Origin: Candidatus Saccharimonadales bacterium
GTDB taxonomy: Bacteria > Patescibacteriota > Saccharimonadia > Saccharimonadales > UBA10212
DNA: 64,000 nucleotides
NCBI GenBank assembly: GCA_035480715.1
Contig: DATIHL010000011.1
Span: 14,722 to 78,721 of the forward strand
Direction: 5' to 3'
The notes under the pieces are model-generated. The model was given only the letters and a program-made list of their open reading frames with translations, was not told where the DNA came from and did not search any database. Position 1 is the first letter of the stretch. Each line of letters opens with the position of its first letter. Below are positions 39,909 to 49,031 of this stretch, piece by piece. Position numbers and translations under genes: made by a program.

Positions 39909-40478
39909 ATGGTTGGAGTAGATGAGGTTGGCAGAGGGTGCTTGGCTGGCCCGCTTTTGGTAGTTGCCGCTAGAGCTAAGACAGAACTGCCAAGCGGCTT
40001 GCGTGATTCAAAATTACTGAGTCGAAAACAAAGACTCGAAGTACTTGAGCGGTTAAGTAACTGCTGCGATTTTGCCGAAGGCTGGGTCAAAGCTGTAGAG
40101 ATAGATAACTACGGTTTGTCCAAAGCCTTAAGATTGGGAGTCAAAAGAGCACTAAATGGTTTAAGAACCGATACGGCAGAAGAAATCATTATGGACGGAA
40201 AAGTTAGCTACATACCAAAAAAGTTTATAAAAGCTCGCACACTTATTGATGCTGATAATCTAATCCCGGTTGTCTCGGCCGCCAGTGTTTATGCCAAAGT
40301 TACACGCGATAATTATATGTTTGAGCTAGCCAAAAAACATCCAAACTACAAATTTCAAAATCATGTAGGCTATGGCACTGCAGAACATTTAAAAGCTCTT
40401 AGTTCTTTTGGAGTCATAAAATTCGTCCACCGTTCGTCTTTTATGCCAGTCTCTAAGATGATGAGCGGGATAAGATGA
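39909..40478 (+). CDS. rnhB: Ribonuclease HII
   Basis: The GVDEVGRGCLAGP motif of RNase HII is present. Confidence 0.85.
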   Translation: MVGVDEVGRGCLAGPLLVVAARAKTELPSGLRDSKLLSRKQRLEVLERLSNCCDFAEGWVKAVEIDNYGLSKALRLGVKRALNGLRTDTAEEIIMDGKVSYIPKKFIKARTLIDADNLIPVVSAASVYAKVTRDNYMFELAKKHPNYKFQNHVGYGTAEHLKALSSFGVIKFVHRSSFMPVSKMMSGIR

Positions 40479-40816
40479 AAACGACTTCTATAGGAAGATC
40501 TGCTGAAGCCGCAGTTGCTGATTATCTTAAACAAAATGGCTTTACGATTCTTGATAAAAATTGGCGAACACGCTGGTGCGAGATCGATGTAATCGCCAAA
40601 AAAGATAACGCAGTTTATTTTATCGAGGTTAAATATCGAGCCAGTGAATCGCAAGGAAGCGGTTTTGAATACATCGGCCCAAATAAGCTGCGGCAGTTAA
40701 CCTTTGCGTCAAACTTTTGGACTACACAGAATAATTGGAATGATGACTATCGAATAATCGGAGCTGAGGTTACCGGACTCAACTTCGAGAATATTGAATT
40801 AATCGAAATCAACTGA
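40475..40816 (+). CDS. yraN: YraN-family (UPF0102) endonuclease
   Basis: The GxxAE ... EIDxIA ... FIEVKxR pattern is present, and the gene shows the common rnhB-yraN synteny. Confidence 0.75.
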   Translation: MKTTSIGRSAEAAVADYLKQNGFTILDKNWRTRWCEIDVIAKKDNAVYFIEVKYRASESQGSGFEYIGPNKLRQLTFASNFWTTQNNWNDDYRIIGAEVTGLNFENIELIEIN

Positions 40817-40841
40817 CAATTTTTCGTATATAATTTAACAG

Positions 40842-42053
40842 ATGAGTTATAAACCGACGGAGGAAATCCTTGAGAAATATGCCAAAGTACTGGTCAATTT
40901 CGCCTTGGGGAGCGGAAAGGGTATTAAAACGGGAGACGTAGTTCTTTTACAAGCTCCCTTATCAGCCCTGCCTTTTTACCGTGCACTGCGCAAAGAGATT
41001 ATCGACTCTGGCGGAATAACCATTGGTAACTTGGGCGATGACATGAGTGGTGCAGCTAAGTACTTTTATGATCATGCCACTCACCAACAAATGACAACTT
41101 TTTTAGATAAATATATGAAGGGCTTAGTTGACCAAGTTGATCATCGTATTGCCGTAATCGCTGACCATGACGTGCATGAACTCGATAAGGTAGATCCAAA
41201 GAAAATGATGCTGGTCCAAAAAACCAATAAGCCGGCTGCGGATTGGTTTAATAAAAAAGAGAACAAAGGACTTTACACTTGGACGTTAGCGCTTTACGGT
41301 ACTCCGTCGATGGCAAAGCAAGCTGGTTTGCCCCTCGATGACTACTGGCAGCAGATAATCAATGCCTGTTATCTGGACCAAGCAGATCCTATTGCCAGAT
41401 GGAAAGCCGTATCAAAAGAGGTTGAACGAGTAGCCGCCAAGCTAAGCGATTTAAGAATAAAGGACCTTCACGTTAAAGGCAAAGATGCTGACTTGAAAAT
41501 TACATTAGGTGAAAAAAGGCGTTGGTTGGGCGGTAGCGGCCGTAATATACCAAGCTTTGAAGTCTTTACTTCGCCCGATTGGCGTGGAACAGAAGGCTGG
41601 ATTCGCTTCAATCAGCCACTTTACTACTACGGCCCTAAGGTTGAAGGCATCGAGCTACACTTTGAAAAAGGCAGGGTTGTAAAATCATCGGCTAAAAAAC
41701 GCGAGGATCTTTTAACTGCTATGTTGAGCGCGGATGAAGGAGCAACCCAAATTGGCGAATTTTCATTAACTGATAAGCGGCTATCCAGAATCACAAAACT
41801 TATGGCCGAGACTCTCTATGACGAAAATATTGGTGGCCCATTCGGCAATAGCCACATAGCAGTCGGGAAGTCATATCATGATACGTTTGCAGGCGATGCT
41901 GGAAGCATGTCCGAGTCGGCCTTTAAGAAACTTGGCTATAACGAGTCGGCTATCCATGTCGATATGATCACGACTACCGATAGGACTGTTACTGCCACGC
42001 TAGCTGGTGGCAGCCAAAAAGTCATTTATAAAAACGGCCAATTTATTGTTTGA
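40842..42053 (+). CDS. M29-family aminopeptidase (AmpS/PepS-like)
   Basis: Length and overall similarity fit thermophilic-metalloprotease M29 aminopeptidases. Confidence 0.6.
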   Translation: MSYKPTEEILEKYAKVLVNFALGSGKGIKTGDVVLLQAPLSALPFYRALRKEIIDSGGITIGNLGDDMSGAAKYFYDHATHQQMTTFLDKYMKGLVDQVDHRIAVIADHDVHELDKVDPKKMMLVQKTNKPAADWFNKKENKGLYTWTLALYGTPSMAKQAGLPLDDYWQQIINACYLDQADPIARWKAVSKEVERVAAKLSDLRIKDLHVKGKDADLKITLGEKRRWLGGSGRNIPSFEVFTSPDWRGTEGWIRFNQPLYYYGPKVEGIELHFEKGRVVKSSAKKREDLLTAMLSADEGATQIGEFSLTDKRLSRITKLMAETLYDENIGGPFGNSHIAVGKSYHDTFAGDAGSMSESAFKKLGYNESAIHVDMITTTDRTVTATLAGGSQKVIYKNGQFIV

Positions 42054-42483
42054 TTTCAAAAAAAGCCTTAGCCCACGCCTCTGGCTCATCAATAGAGGGC
42101 AGGAGTTCGCGGCTGGGGTTTTTATTGCCGTCTCTTAGTTTTTTTAGCTCGGCGATATTTTCTTCGCTGAGTCTGTATTCCAGAACCACCTCATATTCAC
42201 CAGGATATAAAATCTGTTTGGTGTGAATACGAACTTCCTGAAAAGTCGGTAGATAGTTGATTCTAATTATTTCATGTTCTAGCGGACCTTTTTTAGTCTT
42301 ATGGATAATTTTGGCGTTTGTGATTCTGATACTCTTCTGATGCAAAGATATACGTTTGCTTGGCGGAGCCATCTTTCTGCCTGTAATATGGAGTTTAGCT
42401 ACTAAGTTTGATGATTTTTTATTGGACGTAAATTCAAGAGTATATTTTATTGGATGAAATTGGGTTAAAAGGAGGGACTGCAT
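42043..42483 (-). CDS. Hypothetical protein (146 aa)
   Basis: The ORF has a protein-like composition. It overlaps the aminopeptidase 3' end by 11 nt on the opposite strand. No domain was recognised. Confidence 0.3.
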   Translation of the reverse strand: MQSLLLTQFHPIKYTLEFTSNKKSSNLVAKLHITGRKMAPPSKRISLHQKSIRITNAKIIHKTKKGPLEHEIIRINYLPTFQEVRIHTKQILYPGEYEVVLEYRLSEENIAELKKLRDGNKNPSRELLPSIDEPEAWAKAFFEIKQ

Positions 42484-42598
42484 CGTTTGTTAATTGTAGC
42501 AAGGTTGCATTTTTTGAACATTTAAGGTAGAATTTGTAGCAGTTGTCCGGCCGACAGGTCGGATTTTTTCATGCCTAAAATTATAGAGAGGAAATAAA

Positions 42599-43849
42599 AT
42601 GGAAATGGATTTTAAACAATTAGCTCAAGCAATCAAGGTTATTGCTGAAGAAAAAAACCTGCCCGAAGACCAGGTGCAGGATATCGTACAACAGGCCTTA
42701 GCAGCTGCCTGGCGCCGCGATTATGGTGACCGCGACCAAGAAGTCCGCGTGACTATGAATCTCAACACAGGCGAGGTAACTGCTTATGTTACTAAAGAAG
42801 TAGTTGATAAAGTGGAAGATCCGCGAACACAGATTAATCTGGGCGAGGCCCAAGCCGTACGGAAAAATGTCAAAGTCGGCGAAACAGTAGAAGTTATTCA
42901 AAAAATCGAAGAATTTGGCCGTGTAGCTGCTCAGACTGCTAAGCAAGTAATACTACAGCGGCTGCGTGAGGCTGAGCGCGAAATTGTTTTGACCGAGTTT
43001 GAGGACAAAGTTGGCACGATCGTGAACGGCATCGTTAGTCGGGTTGAAGGCCGGCTGGTGCGGGTTGAACTCGGCCGCGCCCAGGGCATTATGCCAGTCA
43101 GTGAGCAAATCCAAGGCGAGCGATACTATCCCGGGCAGCGCCTAAAATTTTTCTTAAAAGAAGTCGAAAAAAGCTTTCGTGGCCCGCAGTTGATAGTTAG
43201 TCGCGGTAGCAAAGAATTCGTCGAGCAGCTATTTAGGGCAGAAGTGCCAGAAATGAGCGGCGACGCTGTAGAAATAAAAGATATCGCCCGCGAGGCTGGA
43301 GTCCGTTCTAAAATTGCCGTTGCCAGCAATGTGCAAGGAGTTGATCCTGTTGGCACATTTGTCGGCGGTCACGGCACGCGCATCAATGCCGTTAGGGACG
43401 AAATTGGCAGCCAAGAGATGATAGATATCGTAGTTTGGGCTGAAGATCCGGAAACATATATCGCCAATGCCATGAAGCCGGCCAACGTCACCACGGTCAA
43501 AATCGATTCTAAGGTCCAGAAGGCCACAGTAATAGTTCCAGAAGACCAGCTAAGTATTGCCATTGGTAAGTCAGGCCAGAACGTTCGTTTGGCTGGAAAA
43601 CTGACCGGGCATGAACTCGACATAGAGGCCGAAAAGGGTGCCGAGACCCAAGAGAAACCAGCAGAGGCACTGGTTGAAAATCCGGTGAAGGAGGAGGCAG
43701 CTCCCTCAAGTGTCGAATCTAAACCGGTAGTGCAAAAAATCAAGAAAAAATCCGAGCTTGAAAGTTCGCTACTGGAAGCCATCGAGGAACACGGTACTGA
43801 TACTGAAGGTCAGGTTAAGGCCGAAACCACAGATCAAAAAGAGCAATAG
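42599..43849 (+). CDS. nusA: Transcription termination/antitermination factor NusA with an acidic C-terminal tail
   Basis: The N-terminal domain, S1 domain and two KH domains are present (GVDPVG ... IGKSGQNVRLA). Confidence 0.9.
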   Translation: MEMDFKQLAQAIKVIAEEKNLPEDQVQDIVQQALAAAWRRDYGDRDQEVRVTMNLNTGEVTAYVTKEVVDKVEDPRTQINLGEAQAVRKNVKVGETVEVIQKIEEFGRVAAQTAKQVILQRLREAEREIVLTEFEDKVGTIVNGIVSRVEGRLVRVELGRAQGIMPVSEQIQGERYYPGQRLKFFLKEVEKSFRGPQLIVSRGSKEFVEQLFRAEVPEMSGDAVEIKDIAREAGVRSKIAVASNVQGVDPVGTFVGGHGTRINAVRDEIGSQEMIDIVVWAEDPETYIANAMKPANVTTVKIDSKVQKATVIVPEDQLSIAIGKSGQNVRLAGKLTGHELDIEAEKGAETQEKPAEALVENPVKEEAAPSSVESKPVVQKIKKKSELESSLLEAIEEHGTDTEGQVKAETTDQKEQ

Positions 43850-43870
43850 AACGACCAAGGCCTAAATTAA

Positions 43871-43897
43871 TTGGCACTCTTGACTTGAGAGTGCCAG
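43871..43897 (+). promoter_or_regulatory. CIRCE-like inverted repeat (HrcA-type operator) overlapping the -35 of the clpC promoter
   Basis: The sequence is TTGGCACTC-TTGACTTGA-GAGTGCCAG, which matches the CIRCE consensus TTAGCACTC-N9-GAGTGCTAA at 15 of 18 arm positions. TTGACT lies at 43880-43885 and an extended -10 TGTTATAAT at 43902-43910. Confidence 0.6.
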
Positions 43898-43978
43898 TTG
43901 CTGTTATAATATAACTAACGCCTTTCTAGTGAAAGACGTTACAGTCAAATCTAAGGTTGGAGGGTAAATATTAAATAG

Positions 43979-46471
43979 ATGATTCCAAATTCACCTGACT
44001 TTCAAGAATTTTTGAGCCATTTAACCAACAATGCGCTACATAGCCTAAAGCATGCGGATGCAATTGCGCGCGCTTCTGGCAGTGCCTACATAGGCACTGA
44101 GCACTTGCTACTGGGTGTGCTGGCTCAAGATGGTTCTATGGGTGCTAAAATATTGGAAGGGGCTGGAGTTAATCTGGATAGGGCCCGTTTGGCCTTAAAT
44201 CTGACACCTAAAACTCTTGTTATTAACATGGGTGGTAAGGGTCTTTCCGAAACCGCCAAGTTAACGCTTAAAATGGCCTGGGAAATTGCCCAAGAATTTA
44301 ATCAAGATTACTGCGGCACTGAGCACGTTTTATATAGTATTCTAAGTCAAAAGAACGCCCGTGCAACTACTCTTTTGCGTGATATGGGTGTTGATATTGA
44401 CCGTTTGTCTTCAGAGGTCGAACAATTCTTGAACCGTCAGCAGTTCGAAGAAGAGGATCGAACGGCTACAGGCGGTCGGCGCCGAGGCAAAAATGCCCGT
44501 AAAACGACACTGGAATTCTTCGGCACTGATTTAACAGAATTGGCGCGCAAAGGTAAGTTGGATCCAGTGGTTGGCCGAGAACCCCAGATCCGCCGCGTAA
44601 TTACCATCCTGAACCGCCGTACCAAGAATAATCCAGTACTGATCGGCGAGCCTGGTGTTGGCAAGACAGCTATTGTAGAGGGTATTGCCCAGAGAATTAT
44701 TAACGAAGAGGTACCTGACAGTTTATTGGATAAGCGCATTATTACATTAGACCTTGCTGGCATGATTGCCGGCACCAAATACCGTGGTGAATTTGAGGAC
44801 CGCCTTAAAAAAGTTATTGCCGAGCTGGAACAAGACAAGAATGCCATTGTCTTTGTAGACGAGCTGCATTTGATTGTCGGCGCTGGTGCGGCCGAGGGCT
44901 CTATGGACGCTGGCAATATCCTTAAACCGAGTTTAGCTCGGGGCAAAATTCGCTTAATAGGCGCAACTACAACTGATGAGTACACGCGCTACGTAGAGAA
45001 GGATGCAGCACTAGAGCGCCGCTTCCAACCAGTTCAAGTACCAGAGTCCACACCGCCCGAGACATTTGCTATTCTGAAAGGCCTTAGAAAATATTATGAG
45101 GAATTCCACGGCGTTAAGGTCGAGGATGAAGTACTGGAAGACACTGTTCAGTTTGCCCGGCGCTATATAAACGACCGCTTTATGCCGGATAAGGCCATCG
45201 ATCTTTTAGATGAAACCGCCGCTTATTTACGGGTAAACAAAGGTAAAACGCCCCCTGAGCTACGCCAGTTGCAGAAAGAACTAAAACTGGTAAACACGCG
45301 TATCGATGACGCAGTTGATGCTGAGGATTATGAAAAAGCTGCCCGCGAAAAGCAGGCTGCTAGCCAGCTGAACGACAAAATCAAAGAGCTGGAAAAGACT
45401 CATAAAACCGGCAAACCAATTACCCTCACATCCGACGATGTGGCCGAAACAGTTGCCCGCATTACGGGTGTACCTGTTACAAAAGTAATTCGTTCCGAGG
45501 CTAAATATTTGGTTAATCTAGAGAAAAATATTGGTAAGTACGTTATTGGCCAGGACGAAGCAGTCGAGACTGTGGCTCGTGCCGTGCGCCGTTCGCGCAG
45601 TGGTATTGCCTCGGAAAAAAGGCCCATTGGCTCGTTTGTATTCTTAGGTCCCACCGGCGTGGGCAAGACAGAGCTAGCTCGAGTCTTGGCGCGCGAATTC
45701 TTCGGGTCCCAAGAGACCCTAGTGAAGATAGATATGAGTGAATTTGCCGAACATCATACGGTTGCCAGGCTCGTTGGTGCGCCAGCGGGCTACGTCGGCT
45801 ACGACGATGGGGGCCAGCTAACAGATAGAATTCGTCGTCAGCCTTACAGTGTTGTCCTTTTTGACGAGATTGAAAAAGCCCACCCGGAGGTCTTTAATGT
45901 TCTGCTGCAAATCCTAGAAGACGGTGTATTGAGTGACGCCAAAGGCCGCAAAATCGACTTTACCAATACTATTATCATAATGACTAGCAATATTGGGGCT
46001 GAAAAACTGCAGAAAGAAGCTAGCTTTGGCTTCTCGGCTAACAAACCAGCTGATCTTAATAGCTTGGACGAGCTTCACGCTAGCAATAAATCGAAAGTCT
46101 TAGACGAACTGAAGAAAATGATGCGGCCGGAGCTGCTAAATCGTCTTGATAAAATTATCGTCTTTCGTGCTTTGACCAAAAAAGACGCTCTAAAAATCTT
46201 GGATTTGCAACTAGACGATCTACGAAGCCGACTTGTTAAAAAAGGTATTGGTCTTGAAGTTAGTAAGTCAGCCAAAGAACACCTTCTAGAGAACGGCTAT
46301 GACGCACTCAATGGTGCTCGACCTATGCGCCGATTGCTGCAAGAAACACTAGAGGATGCGATCGCCGCTGGGCTATTAGACGAAAGTTATCATAAAGGCG
46401 ATGTGGTTTCGGTGGGCGTTAAAAAGAGCACTAAAGAGCCGGAATTAACATATGCGGCCGCTGGCGAGTAA
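43979..46471 (+). CDS. clpC: ATP-dependent Clp protease ATP-binding subunit ClpC
   Basis: Two N-terminal Clp repeats, two AAA+ modules (GEPGVGKT and GPTGVGKT) and a UVR-like motif between them are present. Confidence 0.9.
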   Translation: MIPNSPDFQEFLSHLTNNALHSLKHADAIARASGSAYIGTEHLLLGVLAQDGSMGAKILEGAGVNLDRARLALNLTPKTLVINMGGKGLSETAKLTLKMAWEIAQEFNQDYCGTEHVLYSILSQKNARATTLLRDMGVDIDRLSSEVEQFLNRQQFEEEDRTATGGRRRGKNARKTTLEFFGTDLTELARKGKLDPVVGREPQIRRVITILNRRTKNNPVLIGEPGVGKTAIVEGIAQRIINEEVPDSLLDKRIITLDLAGMIAGTKYRGEFEDRLKKVIAELEQDKNAIVFVDELHLIVGAGAAEGSMDAGNILKPSLARGKIRLIGATTTDEYTRYVEKDAALERRFQPVQVPESTPPETFAILKGLRKYYEEFHGVKVEDEVLEDTVQFARRYINDRFMPDKAIDLLDETAAYLRVNKGKTPPELRQLQKELKLVNTRIDDAVDAEDYEKAAREKQAASQLNDKIKELEKTHKTGKPITLTSDDVAETVARITGVPVTKVIRSEAKYLVNLEKNIGKYVIGQDEAVETVARAVRRSRSGIASEKRPIGSFVFLGPTGVGKTELARVLAREFFGSQETLVKIDMSEFAEHHTVARLVGAPAGYVGYDDGGQLTDRIRRQPYSVVLFDEIEKAHPEVFNVLLQILEDGVLSDAKGRKIDFTNTIIIMTSNIGAEKLQKEASFGFSANKPADLNSLDELHASNKSKVLDELKKMMRPELLNRLDKIIVFRALTKKDALKILDLQLDDLRSRLVKKGIGLEVSKSAKEHLLENGYDALNGARPMRRLLQETLEDAIAAGLLDESYHKGDVVSVGVKKSTKEPELTYAAAGE

Positions 46472-46474
46472 GCC

Positions 46475-46639
46475 ATATCTTCACACCGTACTGACCTGCT
46501 GCCTGGCGTAGCCAGGCACACTGTCAGCGCTCTTGGCGCATTACGGCGTCAGAGCTTCCGTTACTCCCTCACTGTATTTCATATACAGTTTAGTCCGTCA
46601 CTCAGCTCTTCCTTGTACTGCATCCAAGTGTGAAGATAT
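46475..46639. repeat. Structured intergenic element bounded by a perfect 12-bp inverted repeat; candidate small RNA or MITE-like element
   Basis: ATATCTTCACAC at 46475-46486 is matched by GTGTGAAGATAT at 46628-46639. Internal hairpins include GCCTGGC-GTA-GCCAGGC at 46501-46517 and ACTGTAT-TTCAT-ATACAGT at 46571-46589. Confidence 0.45.
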
Positions 46640-46661
46640 AGCAATTGTTATACTTAAATGT

Positions 46662-47642
46662 ATGAAGTTTTTTAGGGGACTATTAAGTGTAGTCATTCCA
46701 CTGGCTATTCTTGGTGTGCTACTTCTTGGGCTACGTAATTTTCAGGCCGTCAATGACTGGCTTAAACTGAGAAACTACTCACCGCCATCTATTATCGCTA
46801 AATTGGCCACAGAGGATCAGATGACGGAAAAGGCGAAGCATATCTTTTACGTCAATCATCCGCAGTTGGTAAGCAATACCGCCGCCTTCCGCACGGACTG
46901 TACAGTTACCGAGCAGACGATTGTACTAGGCTGTTATCATGGTAACCAAGACGGCATTTTTATCTACAATGTGCAGGACGCTCGGCTCAATGGCGTCTTA
47001 GAAGTTACGGCCGCGCATGAGATGCTCCACGGTGCCTATGACCGTTTAAACTCAAAGGACAGAAATAGCGTAGATCAGATGCTAAATGATTATTACGCGC
47101 ATGACCTGCACGATCAGAGAATACTTGACACCATCAAATCCTATCAAAAGACCGAACCAAATGATGTAGTCAACGAAATGCACTCAGTTTTCGGCACCGA
47201 AGCAGGTAGTCTACCGCCTAAACTCGAAAACTATTACCAGCGCTATTTCGCTAATCGTTCTGCCGTCGTGACTTTTGCCAATAGCTACGAAGACGAATTT
47301 ACCAGCCGAATTGCTAAAATAAATGTCTACGAGCAACAGTTGAACTTGTTAAAGCAAAAGATCGATGCCGAGAAAACTGGTTTGGCTGCACAAGTATCAC
47401 AAATTGAAGCTGATAGGCGGCGATTAGAATCACTGCGTTCTTCGGGGCAGATTAGTCAATATAATTCGTCCGTGGCGTCATTCAACACAGAGGTGGATGC
47501 CTATAATAAAGGGGTTTCGGAACTAAAGAGCGATATCACTCAGTACAACAATTTAGTTGTCGTCCACAACCAATTAGCCACCGAACTACGCAGCTTGTAT
47601 AGCTCGCTGGACACTAGTCTATCTCCTCAAACCGCCCAATAA
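46662..47642 (+). CDS. Hypothetical membrane-anchored protein with an HExxH motif and a C-terminal coiled coil
   Basis: The start was placed at the internal ATG (MKFFRGLL) just after the structured element. An N-terminal TM segment is followed by an AAHEMLHGAY motif and a C-terminal region with heptad-like repeats. Confidence 0.45.
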   Translation: MKFFRGLLSVVIPLAILGVLLLGLRNFQAVNDWLKLRNYSPPSIIAKLATEDQMTEKAKHIFYVNHPQLVSNTAAFRTDCTVTEQTIVLGCYHGNQDGIFIYNVQDARLNGVLEVTAAHEMLHGAYDRLNSKDRNSVDQMLNDYYAHDLHDQRILDTIKSYQKTEPNDVVNEMHSVFGTEAGSLPPKLENYYQRYFANRSAVVTFANSYEDEFTSRIAKINVYEQQLNLLKQKIDAEKTGLAAQVSQIEADRRRLESLRSSGQISQYNSSVASFNTEVDAYNKGVSELKSDITQYNNLVVVHNQLATELRSLYSSLDTSLSPQTAQ

Positions 47643-47684
47643 TATTACTTTACGCTACTGACTGCAGGCTGTACGCTATTTGGT

Positions 47685-49031
47685 ATGGCTAAGAGGCTGG
47701 GAGTTAAATACGTTTGCAGCAATTGTGGCGCAATAAGCACCACTTGGACGGGTCGTTGCTCGGTATGTGGTGAGTGGAATACGCTGCAAGAGCAAGTAGA
47801 AATCAGTACCAGGACCGCTGGATCGAGCGGAAATACTTTAAACATAGAATCAGTCTCGAAGGCGGCCAGCACAAAAACTGCGCGCCTTTCAACCAAGATC
47901 TCTGACGTAGACGAAGTACTGGGCGGGGGACTGGTAGCGGGCAGCGTCAATTTATTAGCTGGTCAGCCAGGTATCGGCAAAAGTACGCTGCTGCTGCAGA
48001 TTGCATACAATGTTGCGTCTGGCCACAAGGTTTTATATGTTAGCGGTGAAGAATCAGCACAGCAGATCGCCCTAAGAGCGGAGAGACTTGGCGCACAGTC
48101 CAAATCGCTCCAGCTAGCCGTGTCAACTGTAACGAACGATATTGCGACCACCATCGCTTCAGGCGATTTTGATCTGGTAGTTATGGATTCAGTGCAGTCT
48201 ATCGCCGTTAACGAGATTAGCTCGGCAGCCGGTACAGTCAGCCAAATCACAAATAGCACACAGCTTTTAAGCGCCGCTGCAAAGAAGACAAATACGGCAC
48301 TAGTTCTAGTCGGCCACGTAACAAAAGAGGGTTCGATCGCTGGACCGAAAGTACTCGAACATATAGTAGATGTAGTTTTGCAGCTCGAGGGAGACCGCTA
48401 TGGTGGCTTTAAGATCCTGAGGGCCGCCAAAAACCGCTACGGCGCCACCACAGAAGCCGGAATTTTCGAGATGACAGATCAAGGCATGAAAGCAGTCACT
48501 AATCCTTCCGCTGCTCTTTTGGCAGAGCGGCAGGTCAGCGACGGTTCGATAGTGCACGCCACAATGGAGGGTAGCCGGCCACTCCTGGTAGAGGTTCAGG
48601 CACTGGTAAATCCTACGAGTTATGGTTATCCCAAAAGGACTGCCAGCGGCATAGACCTTAACCGTGTAAATTTATTGATTGCCATGCTAGAACGTCGCAC
48701 AAAGCTAAAACTGGCAGACCGCGATATTTATGTGAATATAGTGGGCGGCATCCGCCTAAGCGAGCCGGCAGCAGATTTGGCTGTCTGTATGGCTATTGCT
48801 TCTGCCAGCAAAGGCATGCAACTAAAGAAGAATGCTGTAGTTTTTGGAGAAGTTGGTTTATCCGGCGAGATTCGTCATGTGCCGTATCTGGAAAAACGCA
48901 TCAATGAAGCTAAAAAACTTGGTTTTGAAGGAGCAATCGGCCCTGTTGTCAGAACCGGCAAAAAGCCGACATTTTTATTGTCGGTTAAGGATGTCAGAAC
49001 TGCCCTTAACACATTTTTAGAAAAGGATTAA
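47685..49031 (+). CDS. radA: DNA repair protein RadA/Sms
   Basis: An N-terminal C4 zinc finger (CSNCG ... CSVCGEW), a RecA-like Walker A motif (GQPGIGKST), a KNRYG motif and a C-terminal Lon-like domain are present. Confidence 0.9.
   Translation: MAKRLGVKYVCSNCGAISTTWTGRCSVCGEWNTLQEQVEISTRTAGSSGNTLNIESVSKAASTKTARLSTKISDVDEVLGGGLVAGSVNLLAGQPGIGKSTLLLQIAYNVASGHKVLYVSGEESAQQIALRAERLGAQSKSLQLAVSTVTNDIATTIASGDFDLVVMDSVQSIAVNEISSAAGTVSQITNSTQLLSAAAKKTNTALVLVGHVTKEGSIAGPKVLEHIVDVVLQLEGDRYGGFKILRAAKNRYGATTEAGIFEMTDQGMKAVTNPSAALLAERQVSDGSIVHATMEGSRPLLVEVQALVNPTSYGYPKRTASGIDLNRVNLLIAMLERRTKLKLADRDIYVNIVGGIRLSEPAADLAVCMAIASASKGMQLKKNAVVFGEVGLSGEIRHVPYLEKRINEAKKLGFEGAIGPVVRTGKKPTFLLSVKDVRTALNTFLEKD

Noticed and set aside
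46533-46661. N-terminal 43-aa extension of the HExxH protein ORF
   Set aside because: It runs through the hairpin-rich intergenic element. The internal ATG at 46662 directly precedes a signal/TM-like segment.
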